Assembly (NCBI GenBank): GCA_043228905.1
Contig: JBHGNT010000018.1
Span: 10,044,001-10,108,000 of the forward strand
DNA from: Azolla caroliniana
Taxonomy: Eukaryota > Plantae > Polypodiophyta
Direction of reading: 5' to 3'
Length of the DNA: 64,000 nt
Below are positions 37,466-50,799 of this stretch, piece after piece; position 1 is the first letter of the stretch; the number at the start of each line of letters is the position of its first letter. The position numbers and the translations under genes were made by a program. Under the pieces are notes generated by a model that ran no database searches, was not told the DNA's origin, and saw only the letters and a list, made by a program, of their open reading frames with translations.

Positions 37466-40400
37466 TGTCGCGTTGTTACGTGCGTGCGTGTGGAAGGGGC
37501 GAGACCACGGGGGCCTTGGACTAGGGAGTAGAGGAGAAAGAATAAGACACAAAATGGAAGCTTAGGTCAAGAGGAGGTGAGAAAGAATAAGACAATAACC
37601 TAGAATAGACGGGGCAAGATGCTCAACAAGTTAGCTTAAGGAAACATAAACGCTTTACAATGGTGTCCGCCATGGCCGCACCAAACGACTATGAGAAAAA
37701 CCCTAAAGGAAAACCCAAGAAGAAAACCCTAACCGGAACCCTAAAACCGAATAGGAAACCCTCGACCTAAGTGGTATGCCTCTCTCCCTCAAAATAGGCA
37801 ACCCCTTCATAAGTGACCCCTCCCTTCCTTTTATAGCCCAAGGAGGGAGGGACCTTACAATGTGGGATAAAATTCCCCCTCTTATTTCTAAACACCATTT
37901 CCTAGTATACATGTGCACATGGTGCACACCACCGATTTGCCTATTCCACCCCGGGTTCCGCCTATGGACGAAAATCTTCACGACATCTGCCCCCACCAAA
38001 CCGCACATCCACCGGTATGTGCCAAGAAAGGAGAAGAGGTGAGATTTTTCGGCCAGGGTGATAAAACCGAGGTCCGACGTGTCCTCGTTGGCCTTGCTTG
38101 GCTTCGTTTTCCATTTCGAGCACGCCCGTCCTTTCCACACGAACCGTCGTAGCATCCCGTTCCACCGTATCCGTCACACGTCCTTGAGCCGACGGCTCCA
38201 ACCGATCCGCCACGTCCACCGTGTGTCCCTGAAACATCGACTCCATCCGAACCGCCATATCAACTGCACGCGCCTTCCTCCCCGGTCGGTCCTCCCGAAC
38301 GCCATTGCCGATTCAGTCACTCTTTCTTTGTCCACCACGTAGGTCCTCCGATTAGGCCCTCGGTCACCCCGTTTGCTCGCCGGATTCCGCCCCTCGCGTA
38401 CAGCTTGTGTTGTATCTCCGGCTTGATCCTCTCTTCGTCTCGAAAACCTCGGGCCGATTCCCTCCGTTCCACGCTCACCTAAACCCTTGTTGTCTCCCGA
38501 ACATGTGCTCGTTCTTCGGTCCCTCGGCGACCTCATTACGTGCTCCTCGCTTCTCCTTTGCTCGCCGTAGAGCGTACCGTCATCCCGACCACCATGTCAA
38601 TGTCCTTTGTGACTCCCGTTTCCGCTTCATCCCGACTCTCGTCCTCTTGGCCCACTTGGCCTCGCATGCCTTCCGGGACGCCGCGTTTCCTCTTCCTGGA
38701 GCGTAGCCCGTTGCTCTCCACGCACCTCCTCCGATTCTCAAGACATAGCCTTCCATGCTCGCCGATCATCCGCCGTTACCGGCACCTCACCGCTCTGTCT
38801 CTCGCCGCGTGCATTCCTCGCAAAGGCTCGTATGTCCTCTGGGTGCGCTCCAGATCTCTCCAATCGCACTCCGGATTCCCCCCTTTTCGTGCTGCGTATG
38901 TTCCTCCTTCGGTTTTATCGTCTCCGCATGCCGAACACCTCGGTGTGTCGACTCTTCCCGCTTCGCGCTTGCCTTCCGTAGGCTCTTCCCGTGCGCCTAT
39001 GTTGTCCCCCGAATATGCGCTCATTCTTTGGCCCTTAGGTGACCCCATTACGCGCACCTCGATTCTCCCCTTCTCTCCGTGCTCTCTCGTAGTAGAGTGT
39101 ATCGTCATCCCAACCTTCGTGTCTGTGTCCCTCGAGGCTCTCATTACCCCATTGTTCTCCGCGCACCATCCTTCGCTCCTGCCACCCATCCTCCGATCTC
39201 GGCACCTTACGGCTTCGTCTCTCTCCGCGTGCTTGCCTCTTAAAGGCTCTACCGGTCCGTCGTTGCCGCTCACTCGTTGCCGCTCTTTCGGGTGCATGCT
39301 TACTTCTTGGCCCTTCGCTGGCCGTAGTGCATGCTCCGTATTACGCGCCTCATTCGCCGTAGACCCGACCTCCACGTTGGTCTCTTCGTCCTTTGTTGTC
39401 GTAGCCCCTTCCAACTCCGGCTTGCCGTCTGGGCCGTGCTCGTCCGTCTTCACGCACCGGGTACCCGTTCCGGTAGCCTCGTCCGTTCCGGTCTCCGACT
39501 CCTCGCCGCCACCCGCCGTCTCTTCGGTCTTAATATGTTGATCCGCAACCGCCGAAGTCTCTAGAATAGTTGCGGAGGGTCTCGCTCGTTTCTGGTCTTC
39601 CACGGAACCGTACCGTAGTCATCGTGCCCGCTTGGCCTCCTTCTTGTGCTCACCGGCTTCCGCCAGGTGTTGTGGCCCGTTCGCCTCGGCCTCCAATCAT
39701 GCCGACTTAGCCTTCGCCCGGATTGGTCTCGGAAGATCGAGTTCCGGTTTGGTCGGTTCCCTTCCGTAATCGCAACCGGCCGGTACATGTTTGTCCGAAC
39801 AAATCCGGCCTTGCCGGTTCTTCTTTGGTTCGGGCCCGGTTGACCGGACCTCGCTCCAATCTTCTTCCGCGTCGTCTTCTAGTTGTGTCTGATTATCGAC
39901 CGGTTCGTCTTCTGCTTGGGTCGGTTCCCGACTCTCTCCTTTTTGCCGCTCCCAGCCTCTCCTTCGGTACCTTTCGGTATGCCCATTCCGGGCCTCGCAT
40001 CCTGTTCGTATGTGCCCGCTCTTGGCCACGCCTTCTCACGGCCACCACCCATCTCTCCGGTCTTATGTTGGCATTCGAGTGCAACCGTCGTAGTCTCTGG
40101 CCCCGGTGTCGAGGGGTCTCTCCTCCGTCCACTATGACCTTCCTCGTTGTCGTTTCGGTCGTCCGCTTTGCCACCGCCAACTTCCGTCTCTTCGGTCTCA
40201 CGTGGGCTCTTGGGGCCGACCGCTGAAGTCTCTAGAATAGGTGTGGGAAAAGTCTCGGTACCATCACTCGCCGAGGTCATGTTTGTAGCCACCTTCGTTC
40301 GGACGCCGTGGTCCGTGGCTATCTCATCCCCGGTTACGCAAGCCTCGGTTATGGTTGCTACCTCCTCGTCCTCGTCCTTGTCTCGGTTGCCCGCCTTGCC

Positions 40401-42991
40401 GTCGCCACCGCTCGTCGCTCTAGGTCTCACACCGGCACTCGGGCCGACCGCCGGAGCCTTTAGGGCCGGTGTGTGTAAGGCCGCGGCACTGCCACTCGTT
40501 GTCTCTGTAGCCGCCTCCATCCGGACGTCGTTATCCGCGGCTACCCCGCCTCCAATCGTGCAAGCCTTAATTACGCTTGCCACCTCCTCTTCCTCGATCT
40601 CCTTGCCGTCATCTTGGTTGCCCACCTTGCCGCCGCCACCGTTCATCACTCTAGGTCTCACACCGGCTCTCAGGACGGATGCCAGAGTCTCTAGAATCGG
40701 TGTGGGTAAGGACCCGGCACCGCCGCTTGTCTCCTCCCCACTCGATGTTTCAGGCCGCCATGTCCCGAATCCGTAGTTACCGGCCTCCATGGCCGTCCCT
40801 TCACCGCAAGGCAAGAGGGTCGCTTGCTCCGCACCCTTTCCCATGTCGCCGTCGTACGCTCTTCCGGCCTCCGTATAGGCCCCCCCGTCTTCTACGCTTA
40901 GGGAGGCTTCTTCCTCCGCATCCTCCAATTGCCTGCAGCCCAACTCCATAATAAGCCCTTCTTCGGCTTCGATTTTCCCCTTCACAAGCTCGCATGCCTC
41001 CCGTATTAGCGCTTCTAGGTCGAGCTCCTCCGAACCGTTTTGTGTTGAGCTCTCTTCCGACGGTAGTGCGTAGTCACTCGCCGCTCTCTCTTCTCCGCCA
41101 CTCGCGGGCTGTGTTGTGGCCGACCGCCTCGCATCATGTTGCCAGCACACCCATTCCACCTCGGACCACTCCTTGGTGAGACCATGCGTTCCATAATCAT
41201 CTTGAAGCTCTAATAAGATGTCCATCCTCTCCTCTTGATGGATCATCTTCAAAAATAGGAGGACTTTGTCCACCCCCACCGATCTTTGATCTCGCTCCGA
41301 GAGTTGAGAAAGAAAGAAAGAAAGATATATTAACGTCTTCTAAGGCCAAATTTGGCCCATGAGACAAATAGGTTACAACAAAAAATGAGTGTTTATCCAA
41401 TCATCAAAACTAAAAATAAAAGAAAATAGCTTAAGCTAAGAAAGTTCTAGTAGTGTACAAAACTTTTGCACCAAGCCTAATCTCATTTCCACCCAAGTCT
41501 CTCAAAAAGAAGTGGGAGGTCAAAAGTTTTTGGTGTGGGTATGACCCATGGTCCCGATGCATAGAGTGCCCTAGCCATGGCTTCTAGGCGGTGTAGTTCA
41601 CGTTCCCTTATTTTCTTTATTGCTTCTACATCTCGTCGAGTTGCTTTGAAACCCGGCATCCGAGGGCGTTTGGTTCTTCTTTGATTTTCTGCTTCATCAA
41701 GGAGAAGTCCGAGTGGTGCAGGTGTGTCGACATTCATTGTCTCCCCCTGTTCCTGAAAAACTTCATTTGTTATATGTTGGTAAACATTAGCAACATTATT
41801 ATCAACGTTTTGTAATTTGTTCTCTCTGTGGTGTTTCAATTCTAAGATGTATCTACATAATTTCTTTATATCTAGTGTATCTAATAGTTTAGGGAGGGTG
41901 GGAGAGGAACCAAGTATGTCTTGGTATTTTGCCCTTATCTCGGCATAGGTGGGGCATTTGCATGTAAAATGGTACTCATCCTCTATCTCTATGTGGCATA
42001 ACCTACATATGCGCGACCTCTCGGAATGCATCCATCGCGCTCCAATGGCGTTCCATCGATGCCACCCATCGGTCCAACTCATACCGACCTCGCCCCTCTG
42101 GTTTCGCATACCCGTACGCTTCCAATAGGGCTCCCTCCAAGGACACCCACGACTCGTGAGCTTCTTGTAGCTCCTTGACCTCCTTGTGCACCGATACGGC
42201 CGCCACTCGAGGAAAATACTCTAGCCTTGTCGCTTCGTCCATGCCCTCCTTCGTCATCTCGGCATTGTATGCTTCTAAGAATCTCGGGACATTGTCCCCG
42301 TTGAACTGGCCGACTCGATCGACCACCCTTTCGACGGCTTGTTGAGCCGCATCTTGCTTCGCCATCTTCCGTCCGGCTTCCATCACGATCTTTGCCATCA
42401 TCTCGTCGAAGTCGAAGTCTTCTTCCATCTCTATGCTCCTTTGCCGCCCTTCATGTCGGGTTCACCAAAGATGTCGCTTTGTTACGCGCGTGCATGTGGA
42501 AGGGGCGTTACCACGGGGGTCTTGGACTAGGGAGTAGAGGAGAAAGAATAAGACACAAAATGGAAGCTTAGGTCAAGAGGAGGTGAGAAAGAATAAGACA
42601 ATAACATAGAATAGACGGGGCAAGATGCTCAACAAGTTAGCTTAAGGAAACATAAACGCTTTACAATGGTGGCCGCCATGGCCGCACCAAACGACTATGA
42701 GAAAAACCCTAAAGGAAAACCCAAGAAGAAAACCCTAACCGGAACCCTAAAACCGAATAGGAAACCCTCGACCTAAGTGGTATGCCTCTCTCCCTCAAAA
42801 TAGGCAACCCCTTCATAAGTGACCCCTCCCTTCCTTTTATAGCACAAAGAGGGAGGGACCTTACAATGTGGGATAAAATTCCCCCTCTTATTTCTAAACA
42901 CCATTTCCTAGTATACATGTGCACATGGTGCACACCACCGATTTGCCTATTCCACCCCGGGTTCCACCTATGGACGAAAATCTTCACGACA
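37466..42991 (-). mobile_element. LTR element G: gag-only non-autonomous Gypsy-like element with tRNA-Trp PBS
   Basis: 520-bp LTRs TGTCG...CGACA at 37466-37985 and 42472-42991. PBS TGGTGAACCCGACATGAA (minus, ~42451-42468). PPT-like GGTGGGGGCAGA. Gag-like ORF from 42428. No RT/INT motifs. Flanks ACGT/ACGG. Confidence 0.88.
41305..42012 (-). mobile_element. 5'-truncated non-LTR retrotransposon (LINE) 3' end inserted in G gag
   Basis: RICRLCHIEIEDEYHFTCKCPTYAEIRAKY (LINE C-terminal Cys/His domain), AT-rich, (CTTT)n tail at ~41307-41324. G gag resumes at QLSERDQRSVGVDKVLLFLK. Confidence 0.8.
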
Positions 42992-43074
42992 ACGGGAAAA
43001 GGCTCCGAGTATGATTGAAATCCACACGTGGTACATAGATATAATCATATATACATACGGTGTACATATTATTG

Positions 43075-43076
<2 letters not shown>

Positions 43077-43134
<58 letters not shown>
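43077..43134. repeat. Compound (TG)n(AG)n microsatellite
   Basis: Seen directly; a shorter (AG)n(TG)n at ~43201-43230. Confidence 0.95.
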
Positions 43135-43137
<3 letters not shown>

Positions 43138-43422
43138 CTCTTTAAGTCCTTGAGTGTGTGTATTGGATTCTGTAGAGAGAGAAGATTTGTCAGTTCTCGT
43201 GAGAGAGAGAGAGAGGGTGTGTGTGTGTGTCAGACGTCACTTCTGTTCGGAACGAATTATGAATATCAGAAAAAAAAAAAAAAAAAAACCAAAAGGCAAA
43301 AAAAAACTCCAAACGAATGTCGCGTATCATACGCCAACGTATGCAAATGTTCGCGTACGTCCACCAAATTGGATGTACGCGAATATTAGGAACTAGGCTG
43401 GAAATTGATCCGACGAAGCTAT

Positions 43423-44222
43423 TGACGGGAACTGTGCGCTCCTTCTACGCAACGCTCGGCCACAACCGAGCTTAGGATCATACACAGAAAACGGGAAATA
43501 AAGAACGACACAATGGAAGAGAAGAGGTACATAGGATGTTTACGTGGAAAACCCAAACTAAAGGAAAAACCACGGCAGCCCACAGGCTGCAAACTATCAC
43601 TATGCTAGAATGTACAAACAGTGAGTTCACGGAGGCAACGACCTCGTGCTCACGATCTTCGCCACAGGCGGCGGTTACAACAGAGGCAACGACCTCTTTC
43701 TCTCTCTCTCTCTGTACACTGTTACGCGCTCTAATCTCGCGCGAAAACAAGAAAATGACAACAACAACAAAAAGTTTGCCCTAAGTCATATTTATGCTGA
43801 TATGACTTTTCGGCTATTTACAAATATAGCCTCGATGGACTCTCAGAAACATATTTACGAATATGTCTCTTCATCTGGTTCTCACCGGGTCTGCACCATC
43901 TGGTTCTCCGTAGCCGGGTACTCCTCATCCGGTCTTCACCGGGTCTGTATCATCCGGCTCTCCGTAGCCGGGTACTCCTCATCCGGTCTTCACCGGGTCT
44001 GTATCATCCGGCTCTCCGTAGCCGGGTACTCCTCATCCGGTTCATACCGGGTCTGCACCATCCGGCTCTCCGTAGCCGAGTACTCCTCATCCGGTTCATA
44101 CCAGGTCTGCACCATCCGGTTTTCCGTAGCCGGGTCCTCCTCATACGGTTTCGGCCTCGGCCGAGTTTGTTCATCAACACTGTTCTTCTCCCTTCCCATC
44201 CGGAGGGACCTGTCTCCCAATA
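43423..44222 (-). mobile_element. Solo LTR of Copia family F, with five 54-bp repeats
   Basis: TGACGGGAAC...CTCCCAATA, perfect TSD GCTAT. Confidence 0.93.
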
Positions 44223-44339
44223 GCTATCTGAGTTCCGTTTTGGGCTGCCTTTCTCCCTTACCGGCTCCTTGGTCCAAGACCCCGGTGGTCCCACCCCATT
44301 TCCACACGTCCATGCGGAATACCGCGACAATTTGTTAAA

Positions 44340-45172
44340 CAGATCACCCTCAGCGCCCTTGGATGGAGACACACCATAGAGAGTACGGATTGGTAAAAAT
44401 GTTTCTTATCGGCATCTAAAAGTGTTTGGTTGTCTCACTTACGTGCACATTGCAAAAGATAAATGGGGAAAACTGGACCTGAAAACTCGGCCATGCATAT
44501 TCCTTGGATATGGTGATGATGAGTTTGGCTATCGGCCGTGGAGCCTAGCCGAAAGGACAGTGATCTAGAGTAGGGACATAGTCTTCATGGAAGACAAGAC
44601 CATCGCCGATTGGGAACCGATGAAGAAGATAGCCCTCTTTGGATCGAACGACAAAGATTGGTTGGAAGATGCAAGGATCCATCCGATCGGAAGTTGGATG
44701 TCAACCGAAGACCATAGTGAACCAGCCGGACTCGGACAAATAACCAAACCGATTGAAGAAGGATTAGATGCCGGAACCGGACAAGAGCCCGAATCAGATT
44801 CAGATGAAAAACCAACTGAAGAATGGATGGCCGAAAACGAAGGAAGAAGATATCCTCTAGAGAGAGAAAGGCCCCCTAGAGATTTCCGGATGCAGAACAT
44901 GTTTTACTAATCGACGAGGGGGAGCCGAAAACCTTCAAGAAGTGAAGAGGGACACCCATAGCCGCAAGTTGTTAAGATCCATGCAGGATGAGATGGATTC
45001 CCTGCATGAGAACCATACATATGAACTGACAGAGCTGCCGAAAGGAAAGAGAGAACTTCGGAACAAGTGGGTGTACAAGTTGAAACCAGGAGATGCCGAA
45101 AATCCACCAAGGGACAAAGCCCACATTGTGGTGAAGGGCTTCTAGTAGAAGAAAGGAGTGGATTTCGATGAG
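44340..45172 (+). pseudogene. Copia (family F-like) INT C-terminus to RT start fragment
   Basis: LKVFGCLTYVHIAKDK..CIFLGYGDDEFGY. KLKPGDAENPPRDKAHIVVKGF matches 60345-60653. Confidence 0.85.
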
Positions 45173-45174
45173 TC

Positions 45175-48100
45175 TAATTGTTTAAGCTCTAGTTTATTTG
45201 TCACTACAAGCCTGAGTAGGAGCCAAAGGGTCATCATCTTGACTAATGAAGAGAATATCTCATCGTAGTCAATGCCATGTTCTTGTTTGAATCCGTTGGC
45301 AACGGGTCAAGATTTATACTTGGGTTTAGCTTGGGCTTGTCCGAACCAAATACATATTTGTACTTGCAAACCCAATTGCAAGGTAGCAGCTTCCATTCGA
45401 TTGGTAATTTCACCAACTCCCATGTATGATTTTCTCTTATCAAGTCCATTTCGAATCTGATTGCTTGTTATCATGTGTCGGCATCTAGCGCAATCATGGA
45501 TTCCTCATTGGAGTTTGGTTCTCTTGCGTATGTGTAATTGATGTAGTCTAGGTTCGTTTGATAGAACTCTGTCAGTCTTCGAACTCATCTGGATCTCCTT
45601 GGTGCTGATTTAATTGATTTAGATTCTTCGATCCGCATGATTTGAACCTTTTTTAGAAGTACATCGTGGTGGGGATCCACTACGATAATCATCTTGCTTT
45701 GATGTCAGATCAACCTCTTCCTTGGGAGTATTTGACCAGTGTGTCGATGCCTTGGCCAGTTTGATTCGACTGTTTGGCATCTTAGCCAATTCGGCTCTGG
45801 TCAATTTTCTAACTGATTGTGATTTGGCTACTGAACCATTTGTCGATTCAGGTTCGGCTTGGGGATTGTTGGTTGGATTGGGTTCCTTATACAACATTTT
45901 GGTCTCGGAATCAGATTGGGAGAGATAAAAAATGACCCTCTTGCTGATTTGGGGCTATGTTCGGGCCGACATGATCGAGTTGTCATTGATTGGTGCTCCA
46001 AATCAATTTCCGGTTCTTTGGGTCCCATAGCCGATAACCAAATTTGCCATTTGTCCCATATATGAGGAAAATATATTTCATTGAATGGGTTGCCAGCGTG
46101 GTTCATTTCTCCGTTGGTATGTGGGCATAAGGTTTGCACCCGAATATGTGAAGCCAATTGTAGGTCAGTTGTTTCCCGACCATAGTACCTATGGCACTTG
46201 GAGCAATATTGCTTTCGACGATGATAGATTGATCAAGTATATTGCCGGCTGCGATGCTTCGGCCCAGAACTCCAACTCCAGTCCAGCCTATTGGAGCATT
46301 GTCGTCACTCGTTCCTGTATGGTTTGGTTCATATGTTTGGCTACACCATTTTGCATTGGGGTGTAGGGAACGTTTTTACTTAATAGTCAGATCCGTTTTC
46401 GATTTCAGCTAGCAACCAAGTGAAAACTTCTAGCGCTTCATCTTTGGACTTAATTGAGTAAACCCAAACCTTTCATGTACAATAATCAACAAACATGATG
46501 AAGTACCGAGAGCCGCCTAGAGATCTTTCGGGCATCAGCCCACAGATGTTAGTATGGATTAACTCTAGGGGCTAGCGTACTGTCTTGTATTGTGCAAAAG
46601 GCTTTTCTGCAATGTATGCAGAAGGCGTTCTTCAACAATGTTTCTCGTATAGGCAACTCTCACTAGGTACAAATGATTGTACTTTCCCCCATGGCCGACA
46701 CATAGATTTCCTTTGGTAATTTTCCATGATGACTCTCCTAGTGTCATCCTATACCCATCTTTGGCTAACATGCTGATGGAGACCAAACTCCTTTTGAGGT
46801 CAGGTACGTGCCGAACATTGTGTAGGATGATGGTATTGTTGTTCGGTAGCTGAATAGGGATCTCACCAATTTTGGCGATTCAGCACTCTTGCTCACTACC
46901 GAGTTGGACTGTGCCACCAGCTCCGGCCGAATAGTTCGAGAACCATTTGCGATGAGGGGTCACGTGGAATGTGGCTCCCCAATCGAGTAGCCACTTCGTG
47001 CATCTTGTGCATTGTAGAGGATCTCTCTAGTCGTTGATCCCTCTAGCGAGAGGACTTCTCCGATCGGGATTCGGCAATGTAGCCATTCCCCCTGCTTGGC
47101 CAGCTCTAGCTTTGGCCGGTTCTCTAAGCCATACCAGCCGAAAAGTGAGCTTTTGCACTATCCTCAATTGAGAGTCCCATTAATCTTCGTTGGATGTCTT
47201 CCAACAATATTGTTCTAATAGCTTCATCCAATGTCAATTTCGGGGAGCTATTCGTGAACATGGTGCAAAATACTTCCCAACTTGCCGGCATGCTCAAGAG
47301 AAGTGGCGCTTTGACTTCTTCTTTGAAATTCAACCCTTTGGAGGAGAGTTCAGCCAATACCCGACTAAAGGTGTTGATGTGAGAGGTTGCCTATTTTGAC
47401 TCCATCATATTCATATTAAACAACTATCGGATCAATATGAGTTTTGATGAGGACAATTTCTTTTCGTACATGGCTTGGAGCTTCTCCCACAGGGTGTATG
47501 CTGATGTCTCTTTGGCCATGCTGAAGTAGACATTCTCGGCCAGATGCATATGAATAGTCGATTTGGCTATTTCTTCTAGAGAGCACAATTCTTCTGCAAT
47601 CATTGAAGTCAGCTTGTTATGTCAAATTGCTTCAACTTGACGCTGGATGATTAGTACATCCTGCATCATCTCCTTCCAAAGGGCAATGTTTTTGCAATCA
47701 AGTTTCTGGATCTCAATGTTGGTGCCAGATTTTAATGGCATCATTCTTTTTGGAAGTGAGATCTTGGCTTGCTCCTTTCCTTCAGCCGATTGGTCTTCTC
47801 CTTGTATTGATATTGCAGGATTTTGATCGTTCTGATACCAGCTTGCAAGAACTGTATGTGCTTTAGCTAGCTACTATGTGATGATTAGCAAGCTAGTTGC
47901 AGAATAGCAACTAGGATCTTTGTATGTGAATCAAGCAAACAAATAACAAGTGATAAGCAATTTCAAGGCACTGTGCACATAGATATTAAGCAAGAAGATG
48001 ACAATTACACATAGAGACAATTTTTTTCAAGAGACTATTGTATTACAAATCCCACCAGAACTCTGTTTACAAGATTTTGTCTCTCACTTTTATAGTTAGG

Positions 48101-48209
48101 GTAACTAAGCCCTAATTGTGAGGATGTGTTCACACTAAGAGTACATATTTGGGTAGAGTGGAACTTTTAGCTCAACACCTTCTCTCATACACATACACCA
48201 AGATTAACA
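45175..48209 (-). mobile_element. Old degenerate Copia: 5' LTR (~47844-48209), iMet PBS, gag, PR, INT, RT start
   Basis: TGGTATCAGA on the minus strand at 47831-47840. Gag ORF 47124-47357, TPMQNGVAK integrase remnant, ENHTWELVKLP RT start. LTR limits approximate. Confidence 0.78.
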
Positions 48210-48239
48210 TTATCAGGGCAACCCACGCTTACGTCACCA

Positions 48240-48683
48240 TCCACGGAACCTGAAGAAGACGTCTGCGAGCCGAACCTAGAAGCGATCACAGAGCTCCATC
48301 AAGTCTAGGAAGCGTTTGAATGCAAAATGGAGGTATCTCGATGCGTCACGACCTCAACATTAGAAGAAATTAAATTCCAAACAGCTGAGGATCCTTGATT
48401 AGTTAGCATCGCCAAAGACTTGCCAATACCAAACAAAATGGCTCTGATAGAACTACTAAAAGAATACAAGGGAGCATTTGGCTGGTGACATGATGATATG
48501 AAGGGTCTCGACCCAAACTTTTACCAGCACCAAATACATTTATCGAAAGATGCCAAGCAGGTCCAACAATACTGCTATCGAATGAACCCGAATTACGTAG
48601 TATGCATAAACGAAGAAATTGACAAATTATTGAAAATCAGTTTCATTCGACCAGTCAAGAAAGTAACGTGGCTAAGTCTGATT
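48240..48683 (+). pseudogene. Fragment of an A/C-lineage Gypsy (PR-RT linker and RT start)
   Basis: MKGLDPNFYQHQIHLSKDAKQVQQYCYRMNPNY matches A and C. Confidence 0.85.
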
Positions 48684-49638
48684 TGACCAGTTTCAATCCT
48701 CTCCTTTTATAGTTCAAGGAGGGTCGATTACATCATGTTGTTAATGACAACCGCTTCTGTTAGAGATTTCCCACGATTTTCTACCATCATATCCTACTAT
48801 TCCCCTCTTTTTGTGGGATCATAAAGTACCTATTAAAATACTCTGTCTTGTACTTATTAATTAATATACACAATATTTACATTTGTTTGTACATTAGGCC
48901 GAGCTCATGTGCATACTTGGACACCCGTGTTCACACGCAACCGACAAACTTTTCTCCTCCGCGAAATCCATCCCCACCAAACTGCACATCCTCTGGCATG
49001 TCCTAGTCTAATGAAGCAGGTGAGAATTCCGGATCGACTCTTACTCATCCTCTTCCAATCCATCGTCCATCTGGTCCTCATCCGAGTTCTCGTCTTCGTT
49101 GGCGTACTTGTCCTCCACCTCCAGCTCCGGTTTTGCCTTCTGTTGCTTCTTGAAGGCCTTTATCCACTGCTCGACAACCGGTACCGCTATCGTCATCTCG
49201 TCAAACTCCAAGAGGTGGTTTGTGGCATTGTTATTGGTGCTCATTACTACATACGACCCGAACCATCATTTGGCAAACGTTTGTGTTGACCGACGTTGGT
49301 TGTCAAGGCTATTGTCGTAGAACAACATCCAATCACCTTCTTCTATCTACCTTGGCCTCCGTCGGTGCATCTAGTCGAACTGGTCCTTGCTCTTCACCTG
49401 TGATTCCTTTATCTTCGCTTTCGCTTACTCCACGTCCTTTGGTCACCTCTCGAGTTATTGAATCCACGCGGCCACCAGCTCTTCCTGACTTATCTCATCT
49501 GCCTAGTCGACTGCCATCCACGAAGTAATCGTCCTTTCCACCGGCATTATTACCTTTTGCTTGAACATGAGCTCCGTCGGCATATACTCTATTAATGTAT
49601 TGTACGTAGTTCGGTCGGCCCACAACGCATATGGCAGG
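48684..49638 (-). mobile_element. Probable 3' end fragment of a G-like LTR element
   Basis: CCCCACCAAACTGCACATCC (48972) matches the G 3' UTR at 37991. LTR-like TCCTTTTATAG..CAAGGAGGG and an end ..CCGACA near 48946. Confidence 0.55.
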
Positions 49639-50799
49639 TGTTGTAGGTTTTAGGGTTAGGGTTGATGATAATGATGAATGGTAATGGTGTGTATGATGAT
49701 TAGCGGGGTGATAACATGGAAGCATTGCAACGTTGATTAGGGTGATGTTGAGAATCATTGCGGGGTGGGGGTGGTGCCTAGAATGGCTCCACCCCCCTCG
49801 CAAGGGGGTTCAACGTGAGAGAGAAGGAAGAGAGAGAGAAAGACATGACAATAGAGAAAGATTGAGAGAGAACTATTCATTATGTATTTTCATTCATTCC
49901 CCAAGAGGGGTTTAAATAGTTACAAGAGGGGTGGATACATAGGGGTGCAAGTGCCCTTGGCCATTCACACTAATCACTCACTCACACTTCTTTGTATCTG
50001 TCCACATCACACATGTGTTCACATACGTATCGACTCATACTTACAATTATACTTATGCACATTTACACATACACATCAACAACATTATAGCATTCAACCC
50101 TTGCTCATCACACTTTGCTCTCCGTACATCTCGTACAATAACACATTATGGCACGCCCATGGGCAAATCCCTTGCACTTCAAACCCACATGCCTTGATCA
50201 TTATCTTTTTTCGATTGGAAACTTCATCAACCTTTCTTTCTTTTGTTGAGTGAGTGTGTGTAGTCTTAGATTTTTAAAATTTTTGGTGGTGCCCTCTGTT
50301 TCTTAAAATTTTAATATGTACCCTTATGTTGATGAAATTTTCTTGTTATGCCCTCACGATTTCAAAATTATTTTCAATACCCCTACATTTTTTAAATTCG
50401 CTCAAATGCCCTCAAGTTTTCGAAATTCTTCGTATGCCCCTTATCGTTCTCTTTTTTTTCCCTCTCTTTTTTCTGTTATCTTTTCTGCTTTTTCTTCTTT
50501 CTGTCAGTGTCTCCTTTCTCTCATGTTTCTTCTTATTCTGTGTGTCATTCCTACCATTCCTTCTTAGTCGTTTGTCTCGTCTTCTAACTTCCTCTTTCTC
50601 CTCCTTTCTGCTCTCTATTCCCGCGTCTATGCTCATCTTCCTTTCTCTCCTCTATTCTTCTTCTTCATCCGTTTCATCTTGTTTTCTTTTGCAGTTCTTC
50701 TTCTTTCTTCTTTCTCTATTTCTGCTTCTTCTTTCTGTCTTTCTCGATTTCTTTCTTCATCTTATTATCTATCTTAGTTTCTTCATCCCCTCCCCTTTC

